Virus record (IMG/VR): IMGVR_UViG_3300030098_004510
Direction: 5' to 3' (one strand)
Origin: an uncultured virus (IMG/VR IMGVR_UViG_3300030098_004510)
Taxonomy: Duplodnaviria > Heunggongvirae > Uroviricota > Caudoviricetes
DNA length: 20,000 bases
Shown piece after piece: positions 5,529-14,239 of the stretch. The first letter of the stretch is position 1. The number at the start of each line of letters is the position of its first letter. A program made the translations under genes and the position numbers. The notes under the pieces were generated by a model. That model saw only the letters and a list, made by a program, of their open reading frames with translations. It had not been told where the DNA came from and made no database searches.

Positions 5529-7369
5529 CCGCCCCAACTATCTCCTAAATCAACATCTACTTTTGATGGAACCTCTAATTTAACACAAGTCTCCATGACT
5601 TCTTTTATTTCATTAGCTTGTTTTTCATTTTGTACTGAACAATCTAATTCATCATGCACTTGAATCAAAGGAATCACTCCTAAGTTTTCGTACACTTCAA
5701 CCATGGCTTTCTTTGTCTGGTCAGCAGCTGATCCTTGAATCAATCTATTAAGAGCCTTGTAGGTGCCATATCTTTTTATAGCTTCCCCATATTCTACCTT
5801 CGCTTGATTCAATGGTAATGGTTTATGAACACCCCATTGTGTTGGTTCCCATAAATCAAATCTACATTTACGTCCAAGTAAAGTACGAATAACTCCTTTA
5901 GAATTAGCCCTATTCATAACTGCCTCCAACATGCCTTGCATAAATGGTACACGCGCACGGAAGTCATTAAGCATAGTCTTAGCTTCCGATGGCTCTAAAT
6001 CTAGCTCACGAGCTAGTTTATTATATCCCATTCCATACATTACACCAAGTCCAATAGTCTTCGCAAGACGTCTCTCACAACCCGCCATATCGGCCGTTTG
6101 TTGGTGAAAGTCGAGGTCTTTTTTATGATATGCTTCCTGTACTTCCCTAGCACCGGGCTGTTTGACGAGGCAGGCCCAATGAGTAAGTAGCCTTGGTTCT
6201 TGTTGCGAGTAATCTGCTTTGAGCCAATATTGACCCATCTCAGGAATGAATAACTTCCTAACATCTTTCGCAAACTGGCCACGGCTGGGGACCTGCTGTA
6301 AGTTAGGGTGATTATAAGAAAAACGGCCAGACACAGTCCCACCAGTATCAGACCTAATTTGATTAATGTGAGCATGTATTCTACCCTCCTCTGAATAGTT
6401 CATCAAACCCTGCAAGAATGTACCTCTTAACTTATTTAATTCACGTGCTTGCATGATTAATCTTGGCAGTTCATGTGGATGATCTGTCAAAAACATTTTA
6501 GTAAATGATGGCGCATCTGTCTTAGCTGTTCTTTCGTATGGTAAACTTAACGCATCAAAAGCTTTTGCAATTGAAGCTGCTGCCCATATCTCTATGTCCA
6601 AACCAGTTAAATGTTTAATGCGCTGCATTAATTTCTTTTCTTTATTATGAAACTTATCGTTTAACTGAATACATTTATATGTATCAAACCTAACACCACG
6701 ACGTGTCATATGGAATATAACATTAATTAATTTACATTCTACATCGTACACTGTTGTAAGATTGTCTTTAACAATCTCCCACGATAACTTCTCGTGTAAC
6801 TTGTAAGTTAAATCTGCATCTGCTTCCGCATACTCACCAACAAACTCTGCTGGTAATTTATACATTTCTGATTTTGGATTTACACCAAATGCATCAGCGG
6901 CTTCTTTAAGCTTTTGCTCATTCTTAAACTCTCCTAGATATTCATGAACAATACTATTGAGTGTATATGAATATCTATTCTCATCTATTAACGCAGCAGC
7001 TACCATCGTATCATGTATTCTACCTTTAACTTCTATACCAAGTGTCCATAACCAACCTATATCATACTGCGCATTGTGAAATACTTTTTCAATTGAATCA
7101 TCATGACAAATTGATTTTATATATTTTACAACTTTCTTTTCATCCATGTTGCCACCACCCTCATGTCCTATAGGATAATAAGCTTTAAAAGAAGCAGTCG
7201 CTACGGCAATGCCAATAACTTTTCCTTTTTTAGTTGGCCACCCTGGGCCGTGTTTCACGAGCTCTGGATCACATGTCTCCAAGTCAATCGCTACACGTCC
7301 CTCTATATGTGGAAACTCCGTGGGTGCTACCCATTGTGAAGTCACTGATTTAAAAAGATCCTGTGTCAT
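5525..7369 (-). CDS. polA: Family A DNA polymerase with 3'-5' exonuclease domain
   Basis: ExoI DLET, ExoII HNAQYD, ExoIII YAEAD; motif A DYSQQEPR, motif B RRLAKTIGLGVMYG, motif C QVHDEL. AGGAGA RBS. Confidence 0.97.
   Translation of the reverse strand: MTQDLFKSVTSQWVAPTEFPHIEGRVAIDLETCDPELVKHGPGWPTKKGKVIGIAVATASFKAYYPIGHEGGGNMDEKKVVKYIKSICHDDSIEKVFHNAQYDIGWLWTLGIEVKGRIHDTMVAAALIDENRYSYTLNSIVHEYLGEFKNEQKLKEAADAFGVNPKSEMYKLPAEFVGEYAEADADLTYKLHEKLSWEIVKDNLTTVYDVECKLINVIFHMTRRGVRFDTYKCIQLNDKFHNKEKKLMQRIKHLTGLDIEIWAAASIAKAFDALSLPYERTAKTDAPSFTKMFLTDHPHELPRLIMQARELNKLRGTFLQGLMNYSEEGRIHAHINQIRSDTGGTVSGRFSYNHPNLQQVPSRGQFAKDVRKLFIPEMGQYWLKADYSQQEPRLLTHWACLVKQPGAREVQEAYHKKDLDFHQQTADMAGCERRLAKTIGLGVMYGMGYNKLARELDLEPSEAKTMLNDFRARVPFMQGMLEAVMNRANSKGVIRTLLGRKCRFDLWEPTQWGVHKPLPLNQAKVEYGEAIKRYGTYKALNRLIQGSAADQTKKAMVEVYENLGVIPLIQVHDELDCSVQNEKQANEIKEVMETCVKLEVPSKVDVDLGDSWGG
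6040..6375 (-). CDS. Candidate overprinted gene in the +1 frame of polA: 111-aa protein with N-terminal TM helix and basic C-terminus
   Basis: AGGAGG SD (6385-6390) 9 nt before the ATG, local GC rise, and polA synonymous codons that avoid +1-frame stops across this interval. Confidence 0.55.
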   Translation of the reverse strand: MLTLIKLGLILVGLCLAVFLIITLTYSRSPAVASLRKMLGSYSFLRWVNIGSKQITRNKNQGYLLIGPASSNSPVLGKYRKHIIKKTSTFTNKRPIWRVVRDVLRRLLDLV

Positions 7370-7649
7370 TAATTTCTCCTGCTATTGCTGCATAACCACA
7401 CATATCAATGAAGTTATCCAAGTTGTTTTTCTTACCTTGAGTGTTTCTTGATATCTTCATCAGAACCATCATCAATGCCACATCTTCAGCTGTAATACTA
7501 GCCATTGGTTGTAGCTTTTTATCAAGATATATATTCCAAAATTCTGCAATTTCTGCATGGTTTTGAAATGCATCCCCATGTGTTTCGTTCCTATCACCAG
7601 TGACAAGATCTCTAGCTTTCTTTAATATTTCTTCTTTAGTCATGCTCAT
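7350..7649 (-). CDS. DUF6378-like small all-alpha phage protein
   Basis: Pattern A..LV.GDR...HGD...N...IA..W..YL...DVA.MM..MK.SR...DN..D..GYAA. ATGA overlap with the helicase. Confidence 0.75.
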   Translation of the reverse strand: MSMTKEEILKKARDLVTGDRNETHGDAFQNHAEIAEFWNIYLDKKLQPMASITAEDVALMMVLMKISRNTQGKKNNLDNFIDMCGYAAIAGEINDTGSF

Positions 7650-9151
7650 ATTATGAACCCTCCTTCTCTCTGTGGTTGTACTATATGTAGTTGGTTACGA
7701 GCGCGTGTAGCCCCTACATAAAATACACGGCATTCATCATCTGAATCTTTTTCCATTGCTTCTTGTGACTTTCTTGATAAGTCTGTAAGCAACATTACAT
7801 TGTCTGCTTCTCCTCCTTTTGCCCCATGAATAGTACTAAGATTAATCTTAGGATTGGTTGATACCTGCCCTCTTATTTCTATGGCGCGTAAATATTCTTT
7901 ATCTCTATTTCCTACTTTATCAAAAGCTACATCCCATGGTCTACCTCCCATCAGTAATCCATGATGCATAACTAACTCTTCTAATTCATATTGTTCTTTG
8001 TCAGCCATCTTAAGATTTTTATGACCTCTTTCAATTCCTATCTGACTAGACATATATGAATATATATCTTTTACATCTGGTAATGCTACATGCTCACCAT
8101 TATTTAATTTCTTCCAAGCTTCTACAGCATTTAAAAGTTTACTAGATATAGGTAATTTATTATTTCTTTTATACAACATGCCTTGTAATCTAATGTCACG
8201 CTCTATTTCATCAAGCATATAATTTGTTCTAGCCATGACTAGCCAACTACCTGGATCTCTTAAATTAACTCCTTCTGGATAATTGTGATAAACAGCTAAG
8301 CCACTATTCTCTGTTCCATACCAACTCTTTGCCCTTCTAAATTTAACTCTATTAATTATTCTGTGTGATAAGTTTTGTATAACTTTAGAACAACGATAAG
8401 ATTGTTTAAGTGTTTCTATCTCACCTGGTAACTTAATAAAGTGTCTAACATCAGCTCCTGCCCAAGTATATATAGCTTGATCATCATCGCCACATACATA
8501 AACCTTTTTAGCATTTTGAGAAATCTTATCTACCATACGCCATTGTAATGCGCATAGATCTTGAGCTTCATCTATGAATACTACGTCTAGTTTAGGAACT
8601 GGACCAGACTCCAAATACAATTCAATCATGTCTGTAAAATCAAATACTTCTTTTTTCTTTTTAAATTCTTCTAGTGATCGTTGAGCTCTAAGTAATGCAT
8701 GCCATGAAACATCTTGTAAATTAGAATGATTATAATGGTGCTCTAATTCCATACACTTCATACGTGCTAAATTAACCTCATTTATCAATATGTTATCCGT
8801 CGTAAATATACCCCCGGAATCATTACCATCTGTCACAGATCCTAGATCCATGCCAAATGTTTGTGCAAACTCTTTATAATTATCACGCGACATAACTTCA
8901 GCTTTGGTTAAACCTAATTGATGAAACGCAAATGAATGTAGTGTTCTAAAATATGGTAAGTGTTGCTCTTCTAAATCAAACTTCTTCATTGCCCGGTCAC
9001 GCGCCTCGGTTGCAGCTTTCTTAGTAAAGGCTAGAAAAGCAATACGATCGGGTGGTGTGCCACGTGCCAATTCTTCTTCCACACGGTTCAATAGTGTATG
9101 TGTTTTTCCCGTACCAGGAGGACCTAATATAATTTTAGTTTTAGTTTCCAT
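7646..9151 (-). CDS. UvrD/Rep-like superfamily 1 DNA helicase
   Basis: GPPGTGKT, AFTKKA, RTLHS, DEAQD, GDDDQAIY, QSYR, STIHGAKGGE and FYVGATRA motifs. Confidence 0.95.
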   Translation of the reverse strand: METKTKIILGPPGTGKTHTLLNRVEEELARGTPPDRIAFLAFTKKAATEARDRAMKKFDLEEQHLPYFRTLHSFAFHQLGLTKAEVMSRDNYKEFAQTFGMDLGSVTDGNDSGGIFTTDNILINEVNLARMKCMELEHHYNHSNLQDVSWHALLRAQRSLEEFKKKKEVFDFTDMIELYLESGPVPKLDVVFIDEAQDLCALQWRMVDKISQNAKKVYVCGDDDQAIYTWAGADVRHFIKLPGEIETLKQSYRCSKVIQNLSHRIINRVKFRRAKSWYGTENSGLAVYHNYPEGVNLRDPGSWLVMARTNYMLDEIERDIRLQGMLYKRNNKLPISSKLLNAVEAWKKLNNGEHVALPDVKDIYSYMSSQIGIERGHKNLKMADKEQYELEELVMHHGLLMGGRPWDVAFDKVGNRDKEYLRAIEIRGQVSTNPKINLSTIHGAKGGEADNVMLLTDLSRKSQEAMEKDSDDECRVFYVGATRARNQLHIVQPQREGGFII

Positions 9152-9557
9152 TTCTAATCCTTTTCTCTTCTAGTCTATGACAATTAGCACATAATACTAT
9201 GCACTTCTTCCATTCTTCTTTCATCTTTTCAAATTGTTTTAAACTTGTTCTCCAGTATCTAGATACATTTAAAAATTTATCTGCTCTATTTAAATGGTGA
9301 AAATCTAAAACAACAGGGTCATCCTTATATCCACAATGAGCGCACCCTTGTTTTAATTTTTCATCATTCATAGATTTACTAATAAAATCATAAATTCTTT
9401 TTTTATTTCTTTTATTGTTTTGTATTTGTTTTTCAAATCCCTCTGGGCTTCTCCAATCCTCCCCATATGTTCCATCTTTTTTTAATCTATTTAATCGTCT
9501 ACCAATATATCGGTATCCATCCTCTCTCGTATCACCAAATTTAAAACGGGGCACCAT
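9141..9557 (-). CDS. HNH endonuclease (Zn-binding, McrA-like)
   Basis: CAHC...LDFHH...KCIVLCANCHR. AGGAGG RBS; the start could be 9560, 9557 or 9554. Confidence 0.85.
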   Translation of the reverse strand: MVPRFKFGDTREDGYRYIGRRLNRLKKDGTYGEDWRSPEGFEKQIQNNKRNKKRIYDFISKSMNDEKLKQGCAHCGYKDDPVVLDFHHLNRADKFLNVSRYWRTSLKQFEKMKEEWKKCIVLCANCHRLEEKRIRNGN

Positions 9558-11031
9558 CAACCTCCTTTATGTCAAACGCTGAATCTTGTTGCTGATATGC
9601 AGGCACACCCCACACTCTCACTGTTCTACCTTTAAGATTATATTTCTCACTCTTACCTTTTAAATGTCTTAATGCTTGTACTAACTGACCTGTGTTAAAG
9701 TAAGTAAATTTATTTCTTGTAAGATAATCTTGTAAGTCTTTTAATCTAAACCAGGTAATCCCATCTTCTGTCCATGGTTTACGTAATAATAATTCGTCGC
9801 GATTTAGGGCTTGGGCACGATCAGTACAAAACTCCTGGAGGTGAGCCTCAAACTGACCGGCCAATGACCCATCATCAGAAACAGGAATAGTATTAAGATT
9901 AACCATTAATCTCTCTATGTTTTCCTGCCACACTGACTGTTTTACTAGAGGTGGCATGTGATTCAAACTGTTCATACATTTCTTTTGAAACTTAGTTTGT
10001 ATCTGTAGCTCCTCTGTCTGTAATTCCATTCGTGCATCACCAACATCCAAGAACCAAACTGGTGGATCTGTTTCTAATTTTGTTAATGCACTAAACTCTA
10101 ATGATGCTCCATTACCACCTATACCATGCTTTCTTCCTCTACATACTTTAGCATTACAATAAGAACTAATTGGTGGTTCTTTACATCTATAACTATATTC
10201 TTTTTTCTCTAATTGTTTTTGAACTGTCACAACCTCTGATGCTGATAGAGGAGGTGTCATATAATCCTGGTTGTATTTTTCTAGTAATGTTTTCCAATTG
10301 TCTGGATCAAACTTACGTAGGTATACACCTATGTTAAACAAACCATTATTACGTGTGCCTTCTGGAAATCCTTGTGAGCATAATTGTTGTAAACAAGGTG
10401 GACCATCCTTTATGACTTCATCAGATACTTGGATTGCAACTTTGTCTATATCTTCTACAACGTATTTATCGTATAAGGTGTAGAACTCTGGCAATGACGC
10501 CGCTGTTCCATCATCTTTATAGGCATATCTCGTTGTACTTTTGGAATTATAATATGGAAGATTTAGGAAATTACCTAGATCTCCTTTTTCTATTAATATG
10601 GTTGATTGCTTGGGGAATACTTCTACAGAGGAATATCCGAGACCAGATGCAACCTCTCGTAATTTCTCTCGTACTAATCTGGCGGATACTGGGTTTTTAA
10701 GAAATAAAAATATATGCATCCCACCACTCTTAGATCTACATGGAACTAAGGGTAATTGTAAATTTCTAATTGTATTTATTATTTTTTTGTAATCAATTGG
10801 ATATGTATCAATATCAATACAGCCCCAACGAACTGTATTATCTGCCATAATAGGAATGATCCCTAATGAAGGACCATTACCATTAAGGTGTTCTAACCAT
10901 AATTCATCTTTAACTTCTTGCTTGACAATATAGGATTTACCCTCTTGCTTACCGTCAGCACGTTTCCCTTGGGATTGGTGCTGACCATAAGCTACGTCTA
11001 AGCCTTCAAATATAGATTTGAATCTTTCCAC
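9541..11031 (-). CDS. Archaeo-eukaryotic-type primase (prim-pol) with PriCT-like domain
   Basis: GCIDID (DxD), SKSGGMH, GNFLNLPY, PPCL..L...G..EGTRNNGLF and a Cys cluster. GTG start after GGAGG. Confidence 0.85.
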   Translation of the reverse strand: MERFKSIFEGLDVAYGQHQSQGKRADGKQEGKSYIVKQEVKDELWLEHLNGNGPSLGIIPIMADNTVRWGCIDIDTYPIDYKKIINTIRNLQLPLVPCRSKSGGMHIFLFLKNPVSARLVREKLREVASGLGYSSVEVFPKQSTILIEKGDLGNFLNLPYYNSKSTTRYAYKDDGTAASLPEFYTLYDKYVVEDIDKVAIQVSDEVIKDGPPCLQQLCSQGFPEGTRNNGLFNIGVYLRKFDPDNWKTLLEKYNQDYMTPPLSASEVVTVQKQLEKKEYSYRCKEPPISSYCNAKVCRGRKHGIGGNGASLEFSALTKLETDPPVWFLDVGDARMELQTEELQIQTKFQKKCMNSLNHMPPLVKQSVWQENIERLMVNLNTIPVSDDGSLAGQFEAHLQEFCTDRAQALNRDELLLRKPWTEDGITWFRLKDLQDYLTRNKFTYFNTGQLVQALRHLKGKSEKYNLKGRTVRVWGVPAYQQQDSAFDIKEVDGAPF

Positions 11032-11050
11032 TAAACCTCCAGTTTAAAGT

Positions 11051-11080
11051 AGAAGACTTACCTAAAACGGTACGTCTTCT
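11051..11080 (-). terminator. Hairpin spanning the SSB stop codon (weak terminator or mRNA stabiliser)
   Basis: Minus strand AGAAGAC-G-TACC-(GTTTTA)-GGTA-A-GTCTTCT: 11 bp with one mismatch, followed by ACTTT (poor U tract). Confidence 0.45.
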
Positions 11081-11868
11081 TGGCTTTCATTATTGTTAGA
11101 TTTAGGTGCCTCTTTTACTGGCTCCCCCTCTACAGTAGGTTTAGCTTCGACATCTCCTCTTGATGCTGCTGTTGAAAATGATTTTGCGTCATCATATAAG
11201 CCAGCATCCTCAACTTGACCTGCTTTCTCAACTTGATACCCAAACCAACTTCCACGATCATTAGACTCACTAACAGTAGTGAGCTTGTAAATCATAGCGT
11301 ATGTTGGTGGAGTAAAACTTCCCGATGGACCATTAACTTTTTGTGTCAACATCAAGCTGTTCCAACGTCTACTCTTTTTTAATTGAGTAGATGTCATGCT
11401 GATAACAGCCTGAGACCACGAACCATCTTTTCCTTGTACAAGGACATAGTGGTATGCGGTTGTTGCAATGTAGTTACCATTAGGTAATACATCTTTAAAC
11501 GTCATTTGGTCACGTTTAGTTTGTGATAGGATTCCACTATCTGCATGATGGGATTCAACGAACCCTCCACCTTGCTCACGTGGTTTCCACTCTACGTATC
11601 GTAGTTGATAAAGAACAGGAATCACGTTAAGTGAATCACTGACTTCTTGTGAGACAGTATTATAGAACTGTCCAACCTTAGCGCCATCAACGTGTTCCGC
11701 TTTTGACGGATTAAGTTGTGGACTATTAGATTGTAGTATGTTGATGTAAGGGATCGCAATATCTCTTGACATGTCAAGATTGCCGAAACCACTTGCATCT
11801 TTAGAATCACTAGCAAGAACTGCTAGATCTAATTTTGTCGCTTTAGCGACTGCCTGTGCTTTTGCCAT
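11062..11868 (-). CDS. Putative single-stranded DNA-binding protein
   Basis: Beta-rich aromatic core, flexible acidic tail ending SQEDVPF, position in the replication operon, AAGGAG RBS. Confidence 0.7.
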   Translation of the reverse strand: MAKAQAVAKATKLDLAVLASDSKDASGFGNLDMSRDIAIPYINILQSNSPQLNPSKAEHVDGAKVGQFYNTVSQEVSDSLNVIPVLYQLRYVEWKPREQGGGFVESHHADSGILSQTKRDQMTFKDVLPNGNYIATTAYHYVLVQGKDGSWSQAVISMTSTQLKKSRRWNSLMLTQKVNGPSGSFTPPTYAMIYKLTTVSESNDRGSWFGYQVEKAGQVEDAGLYDDAKSFSTAASRGDVEAKPTVEGEPVKEAPKSNNNESQEDVPF

Positions 11869-11881
11869 TGGCCGTTCTCCT

Positions 11882-12430
11882 TTAGTCTTTTATCGTTGTT
11901 TTTTGTCCTACGAAAGCCCCAAGCAAATCCATAGGTAAAGCATTACCTGCTTCATGCTGCTCTCGTATGAATGCGCGAAGGGTGGAAGGTTCGACCCATT
12001 CACGTTGCATTGATTGATAACCTTGATCATTCAAAGTATTAATCAACGACTTAGCTTTCTCATCTTCATTCCTTCCAAAGCTACAACTGACCTGGTTCTT
12101 TATTAAATCACCAAATCCATTGTCTCTTAACCAATTAAATGCTGCTTGCTTTTTTTCTTCTTTTATAGAAGCACCATAATAATTGGAAACCTTTAAGTGT
12201 CTGCCATCTGCTAGTTTTAATTCTGATAACCCAACTTCTGAAAATAAGTTAGGTAGTACATTTTCTGCTAAATGTTTTTTATAATCTTTTTTCTTTTTTA
12301 ATTGCTCTTCTAAATCAGCAATTTCCTTATCGGTATCTGCTACATCATTTGCAACTGCACCAATCTTACCCATGTTGTCCTGGGCCGTGGTCCCCGAATC
12401 TTGTTGCATTTGTTTAATTAAGTCTTCCAT
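11882..12430 (-). CDS. Phage replication-module protein of unknown function
   Basis: GAGGA RBS, coiled-coil N-terminus, AFNWLRDNGFGDLIK and VEPSTLRAFIRE segments. Confidence 0.85.
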   Translation of the reverse strand: MEDLIKQMQQDSGTTAQDNMGKIGAVANDVADTDKEIADLEEQLKKKKDYKKHLAENVLPNLFSEVGLSELKLADGRHLKVSNYYGASIKEEKKQAAFNWLRDNGFGDLIKNQVSCSFGRNEDEKAKSLINTLNDQGYQSMQREWVEPSTLRAFIREQHEAGNALPMDLLGAFVGQKTTIKD

Positions 12431-12431
12431 A

Positions 12432-12737
12432 TTATCCTCGTATATCTATTTCTATATCGTAGTATCGTTTCTCATCACGATCCCACTTTAAAACTTTGAA
12501 CCGTCCTCCATTCATCTTGCTAGCAATTGCACCAGCAAGCGCTATTATAGCAGGATCACCAATTAATAACAAGTAGTCATCATCATTAAATGTGGATAAC
12601 TCTTTAGTTAATTTATGAGTGAGTGGTCCAGAAGATAAAACTATTTGTTTATTATCCGGAAGTAAAACTTTTAAATCACCAAACTTTTCAGCTGATCTAA
12701 TATTTCTTCCCATTTCTTGTAAAACGTAAACTGTCAT
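12432..12737 (-). CDS. Hypothetical alpha/beta protein, first gene of the leftward operon
   Basis: Clean 101-aa ORF directly downstream of the leftward promoter, with DYLLLIGDP and LKWDR segments. Confidence 0.85.
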   Translation of the reverse strand: MTVYVLQEMGRNIRSAEKFGDLKVLLPDNKQIVLSSGPLTHKLTKELSTFNDDDYLLLIGDPAIIALAGAIASKMNGGRFKVLKWDRDEKRYYDIEIDIRG

Positions 12738-12748
12738 AATTTTATTTC

Positions 12749-12777
12749 TTGATTTGCATTATAACATGGTATATAAT
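12749..12777 (+). promoter_or_regulatory. Sigma70-type promoter for the SNF2 helicase
   Basis: TTGATT (12749-12754) - 17 nt - TATAAT (12772-12777). Confidence 0.75.
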
Positions 12778-12786
12778 GTAATGCAA
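12758..12786 (-). promoter_or_regulatory. Sigma70-type promoter for the leftward replication operon
   Basis: Minus strand TTGCAT (12786-12781) - 17 nt - TATAAT (12763-12758). Confidence 0.75.
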
Positions 12787-12802
12787 GAATAAAGAAAGAA
12801 TT

Positions 12803-14239
12803 ATGTATAAATTTAAAACTGAGCCATATGAGCATCAGAAAGATGCGTTAAAAAAATGCTGGAATAAAGAATCCTTTGCTATCTTTGCAGAGATGGGAAC
12901 AGGTAAAACTAAAATTGCATTAGATAATGCATGCATATTATATAATAAAGGTAAAATAGATCGGTTACTTGTGGTTGCTCCAAAAGGTACGTATATGAAT
13001 TGGGTGGACCAGGAAATACCCACCCACGTACCAGACTATATTGAAAGAAATGTATTGGCATGGAAACCAAACATTACGGATAAATATGAGCAGCAATTAA
13101 AAGCTATTCGTGATTCTAACGATTATAAATTTAAAATATTTGTAATGAATGTAGAATCTCTTTCTACAAAGAAAGGTATTTATTATGCTAAATTATTTTT
13201 GACTGGAAAGTCAATGATGATTGTAGATGAAAGCACAACAATTAAAAATCCACAGGCTAAAAGAACTAAAAATATTTTATCATTAGCCAGAGAAGCCAAA
13301 TACCGACGAATATTAACAGGATCTCCAGTAACCCAGTCACCAATGGATTTATGGGCACAGATGGATTTCCTAGATCCTGAGATACTTGGTCAACAAAGTT
13401 TTTATGCATTTAGAACTCGCTATGCAGTTGTTATAACAGCAAATGCTGCTGGTGGCACGCATAAATACCAGAAGATTGTTAAATTTAAAAACCTAGCACA
13501 ATTAGGACAGTTAGTATCACCGCATTCTTATCGTATTTTAAAGAAAGATTGCTTAGATTTACCGGAAAAGACATTTACTAAGCGTGAAATAGAATTAACT
13601 GATGAACAAAAACAAGCTTATGGTGAAATGAAAGCTAACGCTATGACTATATTAAAAGGTGAGTCATTAACTGCTGTTAATGTGTTAACACAACTAATGA
13701 GACTACATCAAATAACATGTGGGCATATGAAGACAGATAGTGGTGATACCTTAAATCTTAAAAATAATAGATTAGATGAATTAATGCAGATACTAGCAGA
13801 GACATCTGGTAAAGCAATTATCTGGGCCAATTACATTCATGACATATTAAATATAGAAGCAGCTATTAAAAAAGAATACGGTCATACTTCTTATTGTACC
13901 TATTATGGTGCAACCAAGGCAGAAGATAGACAACGTTGTATTTATGATTTTCAAAACAAAATGAATGATTGTCGTTTCTTTATAGGAAACACGCAGACAG
14001 GTGGATACGGAATTACCTTAACTGCTGCGAGCACAGTTATTTATTATTCTAATAATTATGATCTAGAGAAAAGAATTCAATCTGAAGATAGAGCACACCG
14101 TATAGGTCAAAAGAATCCAGTGTTATATATTGATTTAGTTTCCAAAGGGACCGTTGATGAAAAAATCATTAAGTCCCTTCGGAACAAGGTTAACATCGCT
14201 AAAGAAATTAGCGGTGAAGAACTTTCTAAGTGGATTTAA
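12803..14239 (+). CDS. SNF2-family (SF2) helicase/ATPase
   Basis: HQ Q-motif, EMGTGKT, VAP, DEST, LTGSP, GGYGITL and QSEDRAHRIGQ motifs. Confidence 0.95.
   Translation: MYKFKTEPYEHQKDALKKCWNKESFAIFAEMGTGKTKIALDNACILYNKGKIDRLLVVAPKGTYMNWVDQEIPTHVPDYIERNVLAWKPNITDKYEQQLKAIRDSNDYKFKIFVMNVESLSTKKGIYYAKLFLTGKSMMIVDESTTIKNPQAKRTKNILSLAREAKYRRILTGSPVTQSPMDLWAQMDFLDPEILGQQSFYAFRTRYAVVITANAAGGTHKYQKIVKFKNLAQLGQLVSPHSYRILKKDCLDLPEKTFTKREIELTDEQKQAYGEMKANAMTILKGESLTAVNVLTQLMRLHQITCGHMKTDSGDTLNLKNNRLDELMQILAETSGKAIIWANYIHDILNIEAAIKKEYGHTSYCTYYGATKAEDRQRCIYDFQNKMNDCRFFIGNTQTGGYGITLTAASTVIYYSNNYDLEKRIQSEDRAHRIGQKNPVLYIDLVSKGTVDEKIIKSLRNKVNIAKEISGEELSKWI

Noticed and set aside
7209..7451. 80-aa + strand ORF
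   Set aside because: Antisense to polA and the DUF6378-like gene, with no supporting signal noticed.
9790..9880. GC-richer patch in the primase gene, checked for a second overprinted ORF
   Set aside because: The +1 frame gives only a 23-aa ORF without an SD. The + strand GGAGGTGA is followed only by an 8-codon ORF.
10271..10792. Three + strand ORFs within the primase gene
   Set aside because: Short antisense frames with no supporting signal noticed.
11764..11779. Perfect 16-bp palindrome TCTTGACATGTCAAGA with TTGACA on both strands
   Set aside because: No -10 box at the right spacing on either strand. Roughly one such palindrome is expected by chance in 20 kb of AT-rich DNA.
11622..11816. 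Same-strand +1 frame ORF inside the SSB gene
   Set aside because: Unlike the polA case it is short, starts with TTG and has no SD. The codon choice is explainable by high-expression bias.
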